From assembly GCA_963968165.1 (NCBI GenBank), contig CAXAFE010000001.1, positions 7,763 through 71,762 on the forward strand: a stretch of 64,000 nt of DNA, written 5' to 3'. This stretch comes from an uncultured Candidatus Poseidoniales archaeon (lineage in GTDB: Archaea; Thermoplasmatota; Poseidoniia; Poseidoniales; Thalassarchaeaceae). Below, piece after piece: positions 56,157 through 64,000 of the stretch (position 1 is its first letter; every line of letters begins with the position of its first letter). Below the pieces are notes generated by a model. That model was given only the letters and a program-made list of their open reading frames with translations, was not told the origin of the DNA and ran no database searches. The position numbers were made by a program, and so were the translations under genes.

Positions 56157-57088
56157 TTAGAAGCCCCCTCAAATATCATGGTTAAATCTAAAGGGCTAAT
56201 GCCTCTATTAAGTCTACTAGAAGAAACTACTTCGACTTCTGAGTCTGACCACTTTATTATCGAATCTAATACTATATTCCCAGATCCTTCTAGTATACAA
56301 TATTCTCTTAGATTAGCTTCTTTCAATGATAAAGATACTTTTTTTGAAAGTTTAGGACCCATATTATCTAATAACAATATAATTTTACTATCTCTATTAA
56401 GATAATTTTTCCATAAATCTACTATAATCAATGAATTTTTTAAATTTTGAACCTCAATGATTACAAAATCTCCTTTGTACTCAATGTGACTAATTACTCT
56501 CGTTAAAGTATCAATATCATCTTCATTTTTAAGCTTCATAGATGCAAAATCATTTTCTTTTAGCATCATGGCATCACCTCTATTAAGACGGTGAGTCAAA
56601 CCTCCTCCCACATGAACAGCCCATTTGTCCAATATCCCCCAGTCAGTTTTACGCGTGGCTGCGACTTTGACAGGTGCCGCTCTTCTGACCCATTCTCGAG
56701 TATTTGTAGCGATTCCAGACAAATTTCCAAGAATATTTAACATAATACGTTCTAATTTTAATATTTCAACAGATTCACCCTTGATTTTTAGTAAAATCTC
56801 ACCATTTTTTATTCTATCTCCTTCTCTTAGATTCCATATTATTTTACATGATTGAAAATACCTTTCAACCAATCTGTTTACTACAGGAATGCCACAAATT
56901 ATCCCCCCCTCTTTCATAATTACATTAGCAATAATATTTTTTTTAGTTCCAGAACCTCCTCCTTGTTCATCAAACACCATCGCATCTATCCATCTATCCA
57001 TCGAATCAAGGAATAAAGAAGTAGGAATACCACTTAAATTATCTCCTTTCCAAAGGAGCCCAGAACGATCATGAGGCAACTCGGCCAT
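56153..57088 (-). CDS. nadC: nicotinate-nucleotide pyrophosphorylase (quinolinate phosphoribosyltransferase)
   Basis: ATRKTDWGILDKWAVHVGGGLTHRLNRGDAMMLKEND matches TRKT.PG.R.L.K.AV..GGG..HR..L.D..LIK.NH. It overlaps the downstream gene by 4 nt. Confidence 0.85.
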   Translation of the reverse strand: MAELPHDRSGLLWKGDNLSGIPTSLFLDSMDRWIDAMVFDEQGGGSGTKKNIIANVIMKEGGIICGIPVVNRLVERYFQSCKIIWNLREGDRIKNGEILLKIKGESVEILKLERIMLNILGNLSGIATNTREWVRRAAPVKVAATRKTDWGILDKWAVHVGGGLTHRLNRGDAMMLKENDFASMKLKNEDDIDTLTRVISHIEYKGDFVIIEVQNLKNSLIIVDLWKNYLNRDSKIILLLDNMGPKLSKKVSLSLKEANLREYCILEGSGNIVLDSIIKWSDSEVEVVSSSRLNRGISPLDLTMIFEGASK

Positions 57089-57154
57089 GCTAAAGCGTAA
57101 GGAACCTGTATCTTGAATAGTTGTATTAATTAATGTAATTTTATGGTCAATTTA

Positions 57155-57400
57155 CTATTTATTTTTTATAGCATTGAAACTTAAATCTGCAGCAGCCAAA
57201 CACACCAATAAGTCATCAATTGTTACTCTCATACTTTTAAGATTATCAGAAATTACCTTTATTCTTAACTCAGCTCCTTCTTCATTTTCACAAACTTCTG
57301 CAAAGAAAGCCTCAGGATCATCAGGAAGAACAGATGATAAAAGTAATTCTGCATGAGTTTTGGTGCCCTTCCATACAATCTCCACTTCAGCGCTTTCCAT
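57155..57400 (-). CDS. small protein, possibly KEOPS subunit Pcc1-like
   Basis: The 81-aa size and the pattern (beta-rich N-terminus, LRIKVISDNLKSMRVTIDDLLVCLAAAD resembling the ..L.I...A.D...LRA..NS.LR.. helix) suggest Pcc1. This is a weak by-eye call. Confidence 0.4.
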   Translation of the reverse strand: MESAEVEIVWKGTKTHAELLLSSVLPDDPEAFFAEVCENEEGAELRIKVISDNLKSMRVTIDDLLVCLAAADLSFNAIKNK

Positions 57401-57469
57401 GAACTCCGCAAAGCGTCACTCTTTTCATTTGTACTGGTATTATATCCAACAGGGCGTCCCGAATAATAT

Positions 57470-59116
57470 ATGGTCAGGGAACTGATAAGGCTGGAAGAAG
57501 TCCATCGAGCCTTTGGCCCTCTAAAAGTATTGGAAGGAGTAAACCTCCGTATTGATGAGGGCGATAGAATCGGAATCGTCGGCCATAATGGTGCCGGTAA
57601 GACAACCTTATTACGTACAATAAGTAATCAAAATCAAGATCTTGGAGATATATCATTTGCTGCAGGACTACGATTAGCCTTCCTAACACAAATTAGAGAT
57701 ATTAATGAACATGCCACATTGGGGGAGGAGCTAAATCGAAGAGGCAGGCAATTTCAAGAAATTGAAGACGAAATAACTATTCTAGAAACTAAAATGGCCA
57801 CGCCATCATTTTATGAAGGAAATTGGCAACCAGATATGGAAAGATATCAAGAATTACAGAGTCTCATGGCAAGATCTGGAGGAGGGGATGTCGCCGGACA
57901 TGCCCAAGAAATTTTGAAAGCACTCGACCTAGCTCATCACCAATTAGACACGGAACTTTCATTCTTGTCCGGTGGAGAACGTGCAAAAGTCGCACTTGCA
58001 AGACAATTAGTTGGATTAAATGAAATCGATGTTTTTTTCCTCGACGAACCCACTAATCACTTAGATTTACAAACATTAGACTGGCTCGAAAATTTTCTTA
58101 CTGAATTCAAAGGGGCATTATTAATTGTAAGTCACGATAGATATTTTTTAGATAGAGTATGTAATAATATTGTCGAAGTACAAGACGCACACACCAACGG
58201 CTTCAATGGAAATTATTCATCATATCTAAAACAAAAAGAATTGTTCTTACAGACTTTAAATGATAGGATTGAAAAAACACAGAAAGAAATGAAAAGACTC
58301 AAAGGGGCTATGCAATCGATGAAAAGCTCAAATAAATATGATAAATCAGTATCTCAAAAGCATGTAATGATAACTCGTACCCAAAGAGAACTAAGCTGGC
58401 TTAAATCAATTAAACCTAACCTACGTAAACCACTTAGGTTCAATATGAAAGCAACAGAAAAAAGTAGTTTAGAAGTATTAGATTTTAAAAAGGCCCACCT
58501 TACCTTCGATAACTTAACCCGTCCTATAATCAGGGGCCTAGATATAGGTGTAAGAAGAGGGCAAAAAATAGGCGTAATTGGCCCAAATGGTGCTGGTAAA
58601 ACTACATTACTTAGAATTATAAATGGAGAATTAAAATTAGATTCTGGGGAAATAGATGTCCGCCCGGGTGTTCAGATAGGATATTTTCACCAAGATCATA
58701 GATTACTAAACTTTGATTTTACACCGATTGAACAAATACAATTCTTAAAACCTAGAATGGAATATGCAGATATAAGGTCTCTACTCGGACAATTTCAATT
58801 TACCGCCGATATGGTGAAGACGAAACTTGAGAAATTAAGTGGTGGAGAACGTGCAAGAATAGCACTATTATGCCTATTGTTAGAAGAAAATAATATGCTA
58901 TTGCTTGATGAACCAACAAATCATCTGGATACCGATGCTAAAGAAGCACTTGAAGACGCACTTATCGGATATGATGGGGGAATAATAACTGTCAGCCACG
59001 ATAGGTATTTTTTGGATAAAGTGTGCGATACAATATGGGAACTCACCGGAGATGGCAGTTTATTTGTTTGGCCGGGCAATTATTCGGATTATATTAGAAG
59101 AAAAAATCAATCATAA
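57470..59116 (+). CDS. ABC-F family ATPase (two NBDs, no TMD; EttA/Uup/YbiT-like)
   Basis: NBD1 has GHNGAGKTTLL, LSGGERAKVALA and FLDEPTNHLD. An inter-domain helical linker follows (GNYSSYLKQKELFLQTLNDRIEKTQKEMKRLK...). NBD2 has GPNGAGKTTLL, LSGGERARIALL and LLDEPTNHLD. Confidence 0.87.
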   Translation: MVRELIRLEEVHRAFGPLKVLEGVNLRIDEGDRIGIVGHNGAGKTTLLRTISNQNQDLGDISFAAGLRLAFLTQIRDINEHATLGEELNRRGRQFQEIEDEITILETKMATPSFYEGNWQPDMERYQELQSLMARSGGGDVAGHAQEILKALDLAHHQLDTELSFLSGGERAKVALARQLVGLNEIDVFFLDEPTNHLDLQTLDWLENFLTEFKGALLIVSHDRYFLDRVCNNIVEVQDAHTNGFNGNYSSYLKQKELFLQTLNDRIEKTQKEMKRLKGAMQSMKSSNKYDKSVSQKHVMITRTQRELSWLKSIKPNLRKPLRFNMKATEKSSLEVLDFKKAHLTFDNLTRPIIRGLDIGVRRGQKIGVIGPNGAGKTTLLRIINGELKLDSGEIDVRPGVQIGYFHQDHRLLNFDFTPIEQIQFLKPRMEYADIRSLLGQFQFTADMVKTKLEKLSGGERARIALLCLLLEENNMLLLDEPTNHLDTDAKEALEDALIGYDGGIITVSHDRYFLDKVCDTIWELTGDGSLFVWPGNYSDYIRRKNQS

Positions 59117-59134
59117 GCCCGTAAATTAATTTCT

Positions 59135-60313
59135 TTAAACTCCCCAAAATCTATTCCCAGCAACTACTTCATCCCCCTCTTCGAATGATTGTACAACCGT
59201 CCTCAATAAATAATATAATACAGTTGCCATAATAGGTACGAACCAAGTATCAGATATCTCACCAAAAGCCAAACTGTAGTCATCACCAGATAGTTCAGTC
59301 AAAAGTACCTCAATTATTGCTTTTGACATAGTATATATGACAGCACCAAGTCCGATTAATTGTATACTTCTTCCAGTAAAAGTCCCTTCTTTCCATCTTA
59401 GAACTCCTAATGATAATGCAAATGAAAACGTAGATACCACTATCCAAGTAAGAGCCTGATCGAGAGCAATTACCCAAACTGCTATATCTCTATTTACAGC
59501 ATCTAAATTGAAAACTGTTATGCTATCATAGTTTTGACTTACATGCTCTGTTAATTCAATCGTAGTCCCTGTCAATACCTGCCAAACTGTCAGGATGGAG
59601 AAAAGCACAGAAACTATAGCTAGGCCCCATAAAAGTGAAGACCAGATCCCCCCGGTTGCACTTTCACGCATATCGTTTAGTAAACGATCTAATTGTTGCT
59701 CCCAACCAAGTCCCTTGGCTAGTACCCAAATTCCCATTATTAATGGCATCGCACCAATCAGTACTCCTCCATTCGGCAAAATAATGCCCAGTCCAAATAT
59801 CATTAGAAAAATAGCGACCGGAACTAATAACCTAGCTCGCCATCGTGGATCTTCTACTGCTTTGATAATATAATAATATGTACTTTCTATTCCTCTATTT
59901 TGTCTAACAATAATTTTTTCGATATGGTCAACTCGAATTCTTGATGTTATTATTGGAAGTGAAGCCTCGTCATCAGCCCCGTCAGTAACTAGAACTGCGG
60001 AATCTGGTTGAAATTCCTGTATAACCTCTTCCAGCTGGCTTGCAATGGCTCTGTCACTCCGTGGACCAACTCTGACATCTCCAGTTAATATTGCAATTTC
60101 TATCTCATCATTTCCTTTTGCACTTTCAATCATCTTATCATGATGATGTAAGGCCCCCAGAATAGCATTAGTATCAGATTCTTCAGGATCAGCAATTCCC
60201 AATCTCAGGACAGCATTAAGAGCGTTTTTTCTACCTATCACAGGTCCTCTAATTCCAGCTTTAACGCCAAGATCATTGTCCCTATCCACAGTCATTACTA
60301 ATGTTCTTACCAT
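59135..60313 (-). CDS. archaeal integral membrane protein, DUF373-like
   Basis: The N-terminal soluble domain MTVDRDNDLGVKAGIRGPVIGRKNALNAVLRLGIADPEESDTNAILGAL fits my memory of DUF373. The C-terminal half has 6-7 TM helices. Confidence 0.6.
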   Translation of the reverse strand: MVRTLVMTVDRDNDLGVKAGIRGPVIGRKNALNAVLRLGIADPEESDTNAILGALHHHDKMIESAKGNDEIEIAILTGDVRVGPRSDRAIASQLEEVIQEFQPDSAVLVTDGADDEASLPIITSRIRVDHIEKIIVRQNRGIESTYYYIIKAVEDPRWRARLLVPVAIFLMIFGLGIILPNGGVLIGAMPLIMGIWVLAKGLGWEQQLDRLLNDMRESATGGIWSSLLWGLAIVSVLFSILTVWQVLTGTTIELTEHVSQNYDSITVFNLDAVNRDIAVWVIALDQALTWIVVSTFSFALSLGVLRWKEGTFTGRSIQLIGLGAVIYTMSKAIIEVLLTELSGDDYSLAFGEISDTWFVPIMATVLYYLLRTVVQSFEEGDEVVAGNRFWGV

Positions 60314-60392
60314 GCAAACTCCAAACCGTTAAATGAGACTAGGTAACATGCCACCTATGAATAATTTGACGATTTGCTCATATTCTTGATAT

Positions 60393-61523
60393 TTAATCAG
60401 ATTTTTCTACAATATCTTCATTATATCTTCTTCTTTGTTTAGCTCGGAGATACTTTAATGGGTGACTCATCCATTCTTGATCACAGAGTGAATCATCACC
60501 TCTCTGAACTGGGCAACGTGCACCGGTTTTCAATGCGGAGCAACCATGTGGAGTATATTCTCTCTCATATATTTGATTTATTTGATATGCACTCGTGTCA
60601 TGATTAAAGTCTGGTGCATTAGAAAAGAAGGCTATAGTTTCTTCTTGTGAAATACCCATTGATTTCGACATCGCAGCTAAGAAAACACGTCCAGTATGAT
60701 TTACATTTATTCCCTGATTTAACTCAGATACTGCTGATTCAAAACAAGGAGGCCATTCTGTTCTTTTAGCAGCGCTTATTGGCATCTCAGCATGAACTCT
60801 TTCTGAAAAGAGCCCTACTATTCTTTCAACAGAGTCTGAGAAACGTGCAGCAAATTCATCATCCATTCTCTCCATTCTTTGACTACAAATTTGATTTAGA
60901 TTTTCTCTAATTCGTTCCTTAATCAACCTTGCAGTACGCTGTCTACTGGATTCTCCTACACCTGCATCCATACGTACCCAACCATCTCTGGTAGGACGAT
61001 TAATCAACCTCCAATATTTACCTGAAATTCTAGGACATATTTCGATAAAATCACTTAATGAAACCCAAAAAACACTTTCTGAACCAGAACTCTTCTCTTC
61101 CTTAATTCCAGATAAATAAGAATTTGCAACTATCATGAAATTTTCTGTATCATTTCCCAATAATCGATCCGCTCTACTCGCCTCCCCTTCAATCCATCTT
61201 GCCAACAATCTTTCATCAAAAGATGCACATACAACCAGCATTGCATGTAAGAAGGATAAAGATTCTGTCATTCTACCGATGTCAGTTGATAGGTCGACAT
61301 TACCTCCAGAATCAACTCCATCTTTATGCATTATACATTCAACGAGCCTTATTCTCGCTCTTGCTCTAATATCTTCTAACCATGCGGCCTCTATCAGTTG
61401 TTCAATTGTTATGTCATTTTTAGATAATAAATCTCTTACATAATTAGTGCTCTGGGGTAAAAATGTATATCTAGCCAAAATCTTTTCGTCACCAACCTCA
61501 GGCGGGTCAAGGGGCATTGGCAT
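60393..61523 (-). CDS. priL: DNA primase large (regulatory) subunit PriL
   Basis: It has WPPCFESAV..., NHTGRVFLAAMSKSMGISQEETIAFF, then YTPHGCSALKTGARCP...SLCD. This gives the 4-Cys Fe-S domain arrangement of archaeo-eukaryotic PriL. Confidence 0.85.
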   Translation of the reverse strand: MPMPLDPPEVGDEKILARYTFLPQSTNYVRDLLSKNDITIEQLIEAAWLEDIRARARIRLVECIMHKDGVDSGGNVDLSTDIGRMTESLSFLHAMLVVCASFDERLLARWIEGEASRADRLLGNDTENFMIVANSYLSGIKEEKSSGSESVFWVSLSDFIEICPRISGKYWRLINRPTRDGWVRMDAGVGESSRQRTARLIKERIRENLNQICSQRMERMDDEFAARFSDSVERIVGLFSERVHAEMPISAAKRTEWPPCFESAVSELNQGINVNHTGRVFLAAMSKSMGISQEETIAFFSNAPDFNHDTSAYQINQIYEREYTPHGCSALKTGARCPVQRGDDSLCDQEWMSHPLKYLRAKQRRRYNEDIVEKSD

Positions 61524-61578
61524 AGTTTAGTCAACACAACCTTAGGTTCTTCAATGCTCACCAAGCCCTTCGTCATGA

Positions 61579-62349
61579 ATGAATACGGAGCATGGCTCTA
61601 ATATTGATTTTATACCAGTCGATAAAAATCTAATTAGAATACAAAGCACTATTCGGGAATATTTTAATTGGGATTTAAATGATGATAAAAAAAGTGCTCT
61701 AAATCTTTTAAATTACATAGAAAATATTAGTATTAAAAATTGGAATCGATCTGAACGTGATAAAACCTTAAAAAATATAATTAATATTTTTTCCAACCTA
61801 AATGGAAAAAATATAGTAATAATTGGTGCAGCGGTTACTTTATCTGAAATGATTGAAATGTTAAATCAAGACAACTTCTTTGTTGCAGCCGACGGAGCAG
61901 TAGGAATTTTCTCTGATCTTCCTTCTGAGATGTCCAAGTTAGCTTGGTCAAAATTAGTCTGTATTGTTAGTGATGCCGATGGTGGACCCGCTACTGAGAA
62001 GGGATTCATGAAAGGAGTACCAATAATTCTACATTCACATGGTGATAATGAAATATCTTGGAAAAAATTTCTACAACTTGGAATAAATTCAGATGATGAA
62101 ACTAAGATAGTATTGACGCATCAAATTCCAAATGAGATACCAGGAATGTACAACATTGGAGGATTTACTGATGGTGATAGAGCGGTTTGTTTTGTACGTT
62201 CAGCAGGGATAGAAAAAGATAAAATAATTATGATAGGAACCAGAACAGACATAGTTGGGGAATGGTCCGGATGTACCGATAAGAATCAAAAATTAGAGAA
62301 ACTTAAGTGGATGGCAAAGGTATTAAATTTATTAGAAATCAAATATTGA
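61579..62349 (+). CDS. mptE: 6-hydroxymethyl-7,8-dihydropterin pyrophosphokinase, archaeal MptE type (DUF115)
   Basis: Blocks VIIGAAVTLSE, VAADGAV, VSDADGG and LHSHGDN match the COG1634/DUF115 pattern (GxGPSL, TDLDG, AHGDN) as I recall it. Confidence 0.6.
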   Translation: MNTEHGSNIDFIPVDKNLIRIQSTIREYFNWDLNDDKKSALNLLNYIENISIKNWNRSERDKTLKNIINIFSNLNGKNIVIIGAAVTLSEMIEMLNQDNFFVAADGAVGIFSDLPSEMSKLAWSKLVCIVSDADGGPATEKGFMKGVPIILHSHGDNEISWKKFLQLGINSDDETKIVLTHQIPNEIPGMYNIGGFTDGDRAVCFVRSAGIEKDKIIMIGTRTDIVGEWSGCTDKNQKLEKLKWMAKVLNLLEIKY

Positions 62350-62358
62350 AAATAAGTA

Positions 62359-63531
62359 TTATTCTATTTTGAAGCTACCAACTTCTATAATTTCTCCATC
62401 TTCATTAATAGTTCCTTCAAATTCTTCGATATTTTCATTTTTATTAACAAAGACCTTGAATATAGTTTTTTCATTTTCTCCTCTAATTTCATATTGATTT
62501 ACTGATATAGAATATTTTCCAGTTTCTGGTTTTTTATTCCATGTAATCGATTGACTGTTTTCCTCTTTGGTAAAATTAAAAATACCATGATTGTTGTTTC
62601 CAATATTTAGAAAAGAAGTCTTTTCCCCATTTGGGTTTGTTACCGTGAGTCCTAAATCATTTGGGGTATCCCATACCAAAGAAACCGAAACATTAGAATT
62701 ATCTAACTTTTCATTCATAGATAACTTTTCATCCGATGATAAGATAATTTCCTTTGGTTTTATTTCTCCTTCCTTTGCCTCTGCTATGGCAAATTTAGCA
62801 ACGAATAACAACTCACTATTTATTTTATGATGCTCAATTACTCCTTCGTAAACCCTTTGGCTGTCTCCTACAGTAACACTCACTTTAAATTCAGTTTCAT
62901 TTTTTAGTATTAACTTTGAAAGGAGCGGTAATTTAGATAATATTTTATTTTTATGCTGGACTTTGTAGTGCCTCACACCCACTCTATATGTTCCCGGTGG
63001 CGGCGTTTTGGTCCATACTATATTTTCAACAGGGGTTTTTGATGTCGGCTTAAAATTCATATCTAAATCCAATTCTCCGCCACAAGCAGATTTTCTGTTA
63101 TCATGGAAAATATGTTCCCCAGAGGGAGTGATCAGATGTATATCTAAATCATTATAATTATTCCATAATAAGCTGACTTGGACTGCTCCTCTTTTTGCAC
63201 CTTCTCTCTTGAGCCTCTCGTTAAATGCAGATATTCCTTCGTCATTAACAACAGCCTCATTTATCCCCTCACCTAGAACTCCACTGTCTGCTCCTAATCC
63301 TTTAGAAGGAACAGAAACATTTGATCTATCAGCTCTTCGCCCGCTTCGCCTCTCTCTCCTTACTCTAACTGCTTCTGTTTCAAACTCAGGTAGATTAATT
63401 TCTGTCGGAGGTAAAATAGTTCTTCTACTCGAACCAAATAGTAACCTGTAAATTCCCTGAATAAACAATCCGGAGATAAGCGCAATGATGACAAGCGCGG
63501 CTAGGTCCACGTATGCGAACTTGTGCAACAT
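62359..63531 (-). CDS. membrane-anchored protein with two tandem copies of a DUF2135-like beta domain
   Basis: It has an N-terminal TM (LAALVIIALISGLFIQGIY) and a basic linker. Repeat 1 is VQVSLLWNNYNDLDIHLITPSGEHIF...GGELDLDMN...PVENIVW...PGTYRVGVRHY. Repeat 2 is VSVSLVWDTPNDLGLTVTNPNGEKTSF...SQSITW...TGKYSISVNQY. Confidence 0.55.
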   Translation of the reverse strand: MLHKFAYVDLAALVIIALISGLFIQGIYRLLFGSSRRTILPPTEINLPEFETEAVRVRRERRSGRRADRSNVSVPSKGLGADSGVLGEGINEAVVNDEGISAFNERLKREGAKRGAVQVSLLWNNYNDLDIHLITPSGEHIFHDNRKSACGGELDLDMNFKPTSKTPVENIVWTKTPPPGTYRVGVRHYKVQHKNKILSKLPLLSKLILKNETEFKVSVTVGDSQRVYEGVIEHHKINSELLFVAKFAIAEAKEGEIKPKEIILSSDEKLSMNEKLDNSNVSVSLVWDTPNDLGLTVTNPNGEKTSFLNIGNNNHGIFNFTKEENSQSITWNKKPETGKYSISVNQYEIRGENEKTIFKVFVNKNENIEEFEGTINEDGEIIEVGSFKIE

Positions 63532-63688
63532 CTTTTCATAACATCGGTTAAATTAACTACATTAGACGTCTCAAATAGATTTTATCACCGTGTGTTTCAT
63601 ATCCCAGTCAACGTTCCTGAGTATACGGGCGGATTGCGTTTAGCCCATAGGTTTTATTTACGTAGGATAATTTGGTTGTGTTTGAATA

Positions 63689-64000
63689 ATGAAAAAAAAA
63701 GCAATTCTCCTAGTTGCTATAATGATTATTTCAACCACCCCATACTCCACAGATATGGCATTAAGTGATAAAAATATATTTTTAACTGACGCATCAGATG
63801 CTGACGTATCTGTTTCAGGTCTTGATGTAACTACGCCTTCGGTAATGATTTCGGGTATACCAATAGTTTCGCCAATGGAGCATATAATCAGGATTTCAAT
63901 AGTTAATTATGGTGGTTCAGATGCCAATGGAACACTGAGCTTGTCTATTAATGACGGTTCGAGTATCACCGATGTTGACGATCGAGTTATCAGTATACTC
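63689..64000 (+). CDS. secreted/cell-surface protein, N-terminal fragment (signal peptide plus CARDB-like start); 3' end outside window
   Basis: ATG at 63689, with the frame open to the window end (104 codons). It reads MKKKAILLVAIMIISTTPYS..., then VSGLDVTTPSVMISG...IRISIVNYGGSDANGTLSLSIND, which resembles a CARDB beta-sandwich. It is absent from the ORF track, and the track ORF 63523..63768 is in another frame. Confidence 0.5.
   Translation, partial: MKKKAILLVAIMIISTTPYSTDMALSDKNIFLTDASDADVSVSGLDVTTPSVMISGIPIVSPMEHIIRISIVNYGGSDANGTLSLSINDGSSITDVDDRVISIL

Noticed and set aside
63523-63768. An 81-aa + strand ORF spanning the 62359..63531 / 63689.. intergenic region.
   Set aside because: It starts inside the 5' end of the minus-strand gene and is in a different frame from the signal-peptide ORF beginning at 63689, which is the more credible gene. 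Its sequence has no features.
1-64000. CRISPR arrays, cas genes, restriction-modification or other named defence cassettes, rRNA operons, and IS elements or transposases.
   Set aside because: Reading both strands, I found no regularly spaced direct repeats and no ORFs with the corresponding signatures. The only perfect tandem repeat is the 27-nt coding microsatellite at 8555..8581.

Overview
This is a gene-dense, AT-rich fragment of an archaeal chromosome. I call about 55 protein genes and one tRNA. Non-coding DNA is minimal, and several convergent gene pairs abut or share stop codons.

Archaeal identity rests on these genes:
- TFB, topoisomerase VI A and B, and primase large subunit PriL
- ribosomal protein LX, prefoldin alpha and FtsY
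- a GGGP-synthase fragment, archaeal-type phosphopantothenate synthetase, MptE and a Pcc1-like ORF

Many bacterial-type genes are mixed in: UvrA, an ABC-F ATPase, RlmH, a PlsC-like acyltransferase, CysD/CysNC/CysQ and an MMPL/RND exporter. I associate this mixture plus low GC with planktonic Thermoplasmatota (Marine Group II/III). That is an inference, not a search result.

Housekeeping content includes a class II (adenosylcobalamin) ribonucleotide reductase, isocitrate dehydrogenase, an aconitase-family enzyme, NadC, MoeA, a PduO-type adenosyltransferase, an OsmC-like protein, HIT and NUDIX hydrolases, and tRNA-Arg(CCT). I saw no CRISPR array, rRNA, transposase, integrase or recognisable defence cassette.

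The most interesting observations, in my order of interest:
1. A PAPS-producing operon (cysQ-cysD-cysNC) has no reductive partner in the window. An AT-rich island at about 33.6-38.6 kb carries three different sulfotransferases and a GT2. Together they predict an undescribed sulfated-glycoconjugate pathway.
2. A 1724-aa anchored surface protein has propeller-like repeats interrupted by a vWA-like insert with a DxSxS motif, an integrin-like topology. CARDB-like domains follow.
3. A 1129-aa protein has a complete C-terminal PIN nuclease domain behind about 880 aa of uncharacterised helical sequence.
4. A bacterial-type HX4D acyltransferase occurs in the same window as GGGPS.
5. ABC-F and RlmH translation factors occur in an archaeal context.
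6. A small protein, a membrane protein and the PduO gene form an overlapping string near the B12-dependent RNR.

All family calls were made by eye from motifs. No searches or computations were run.
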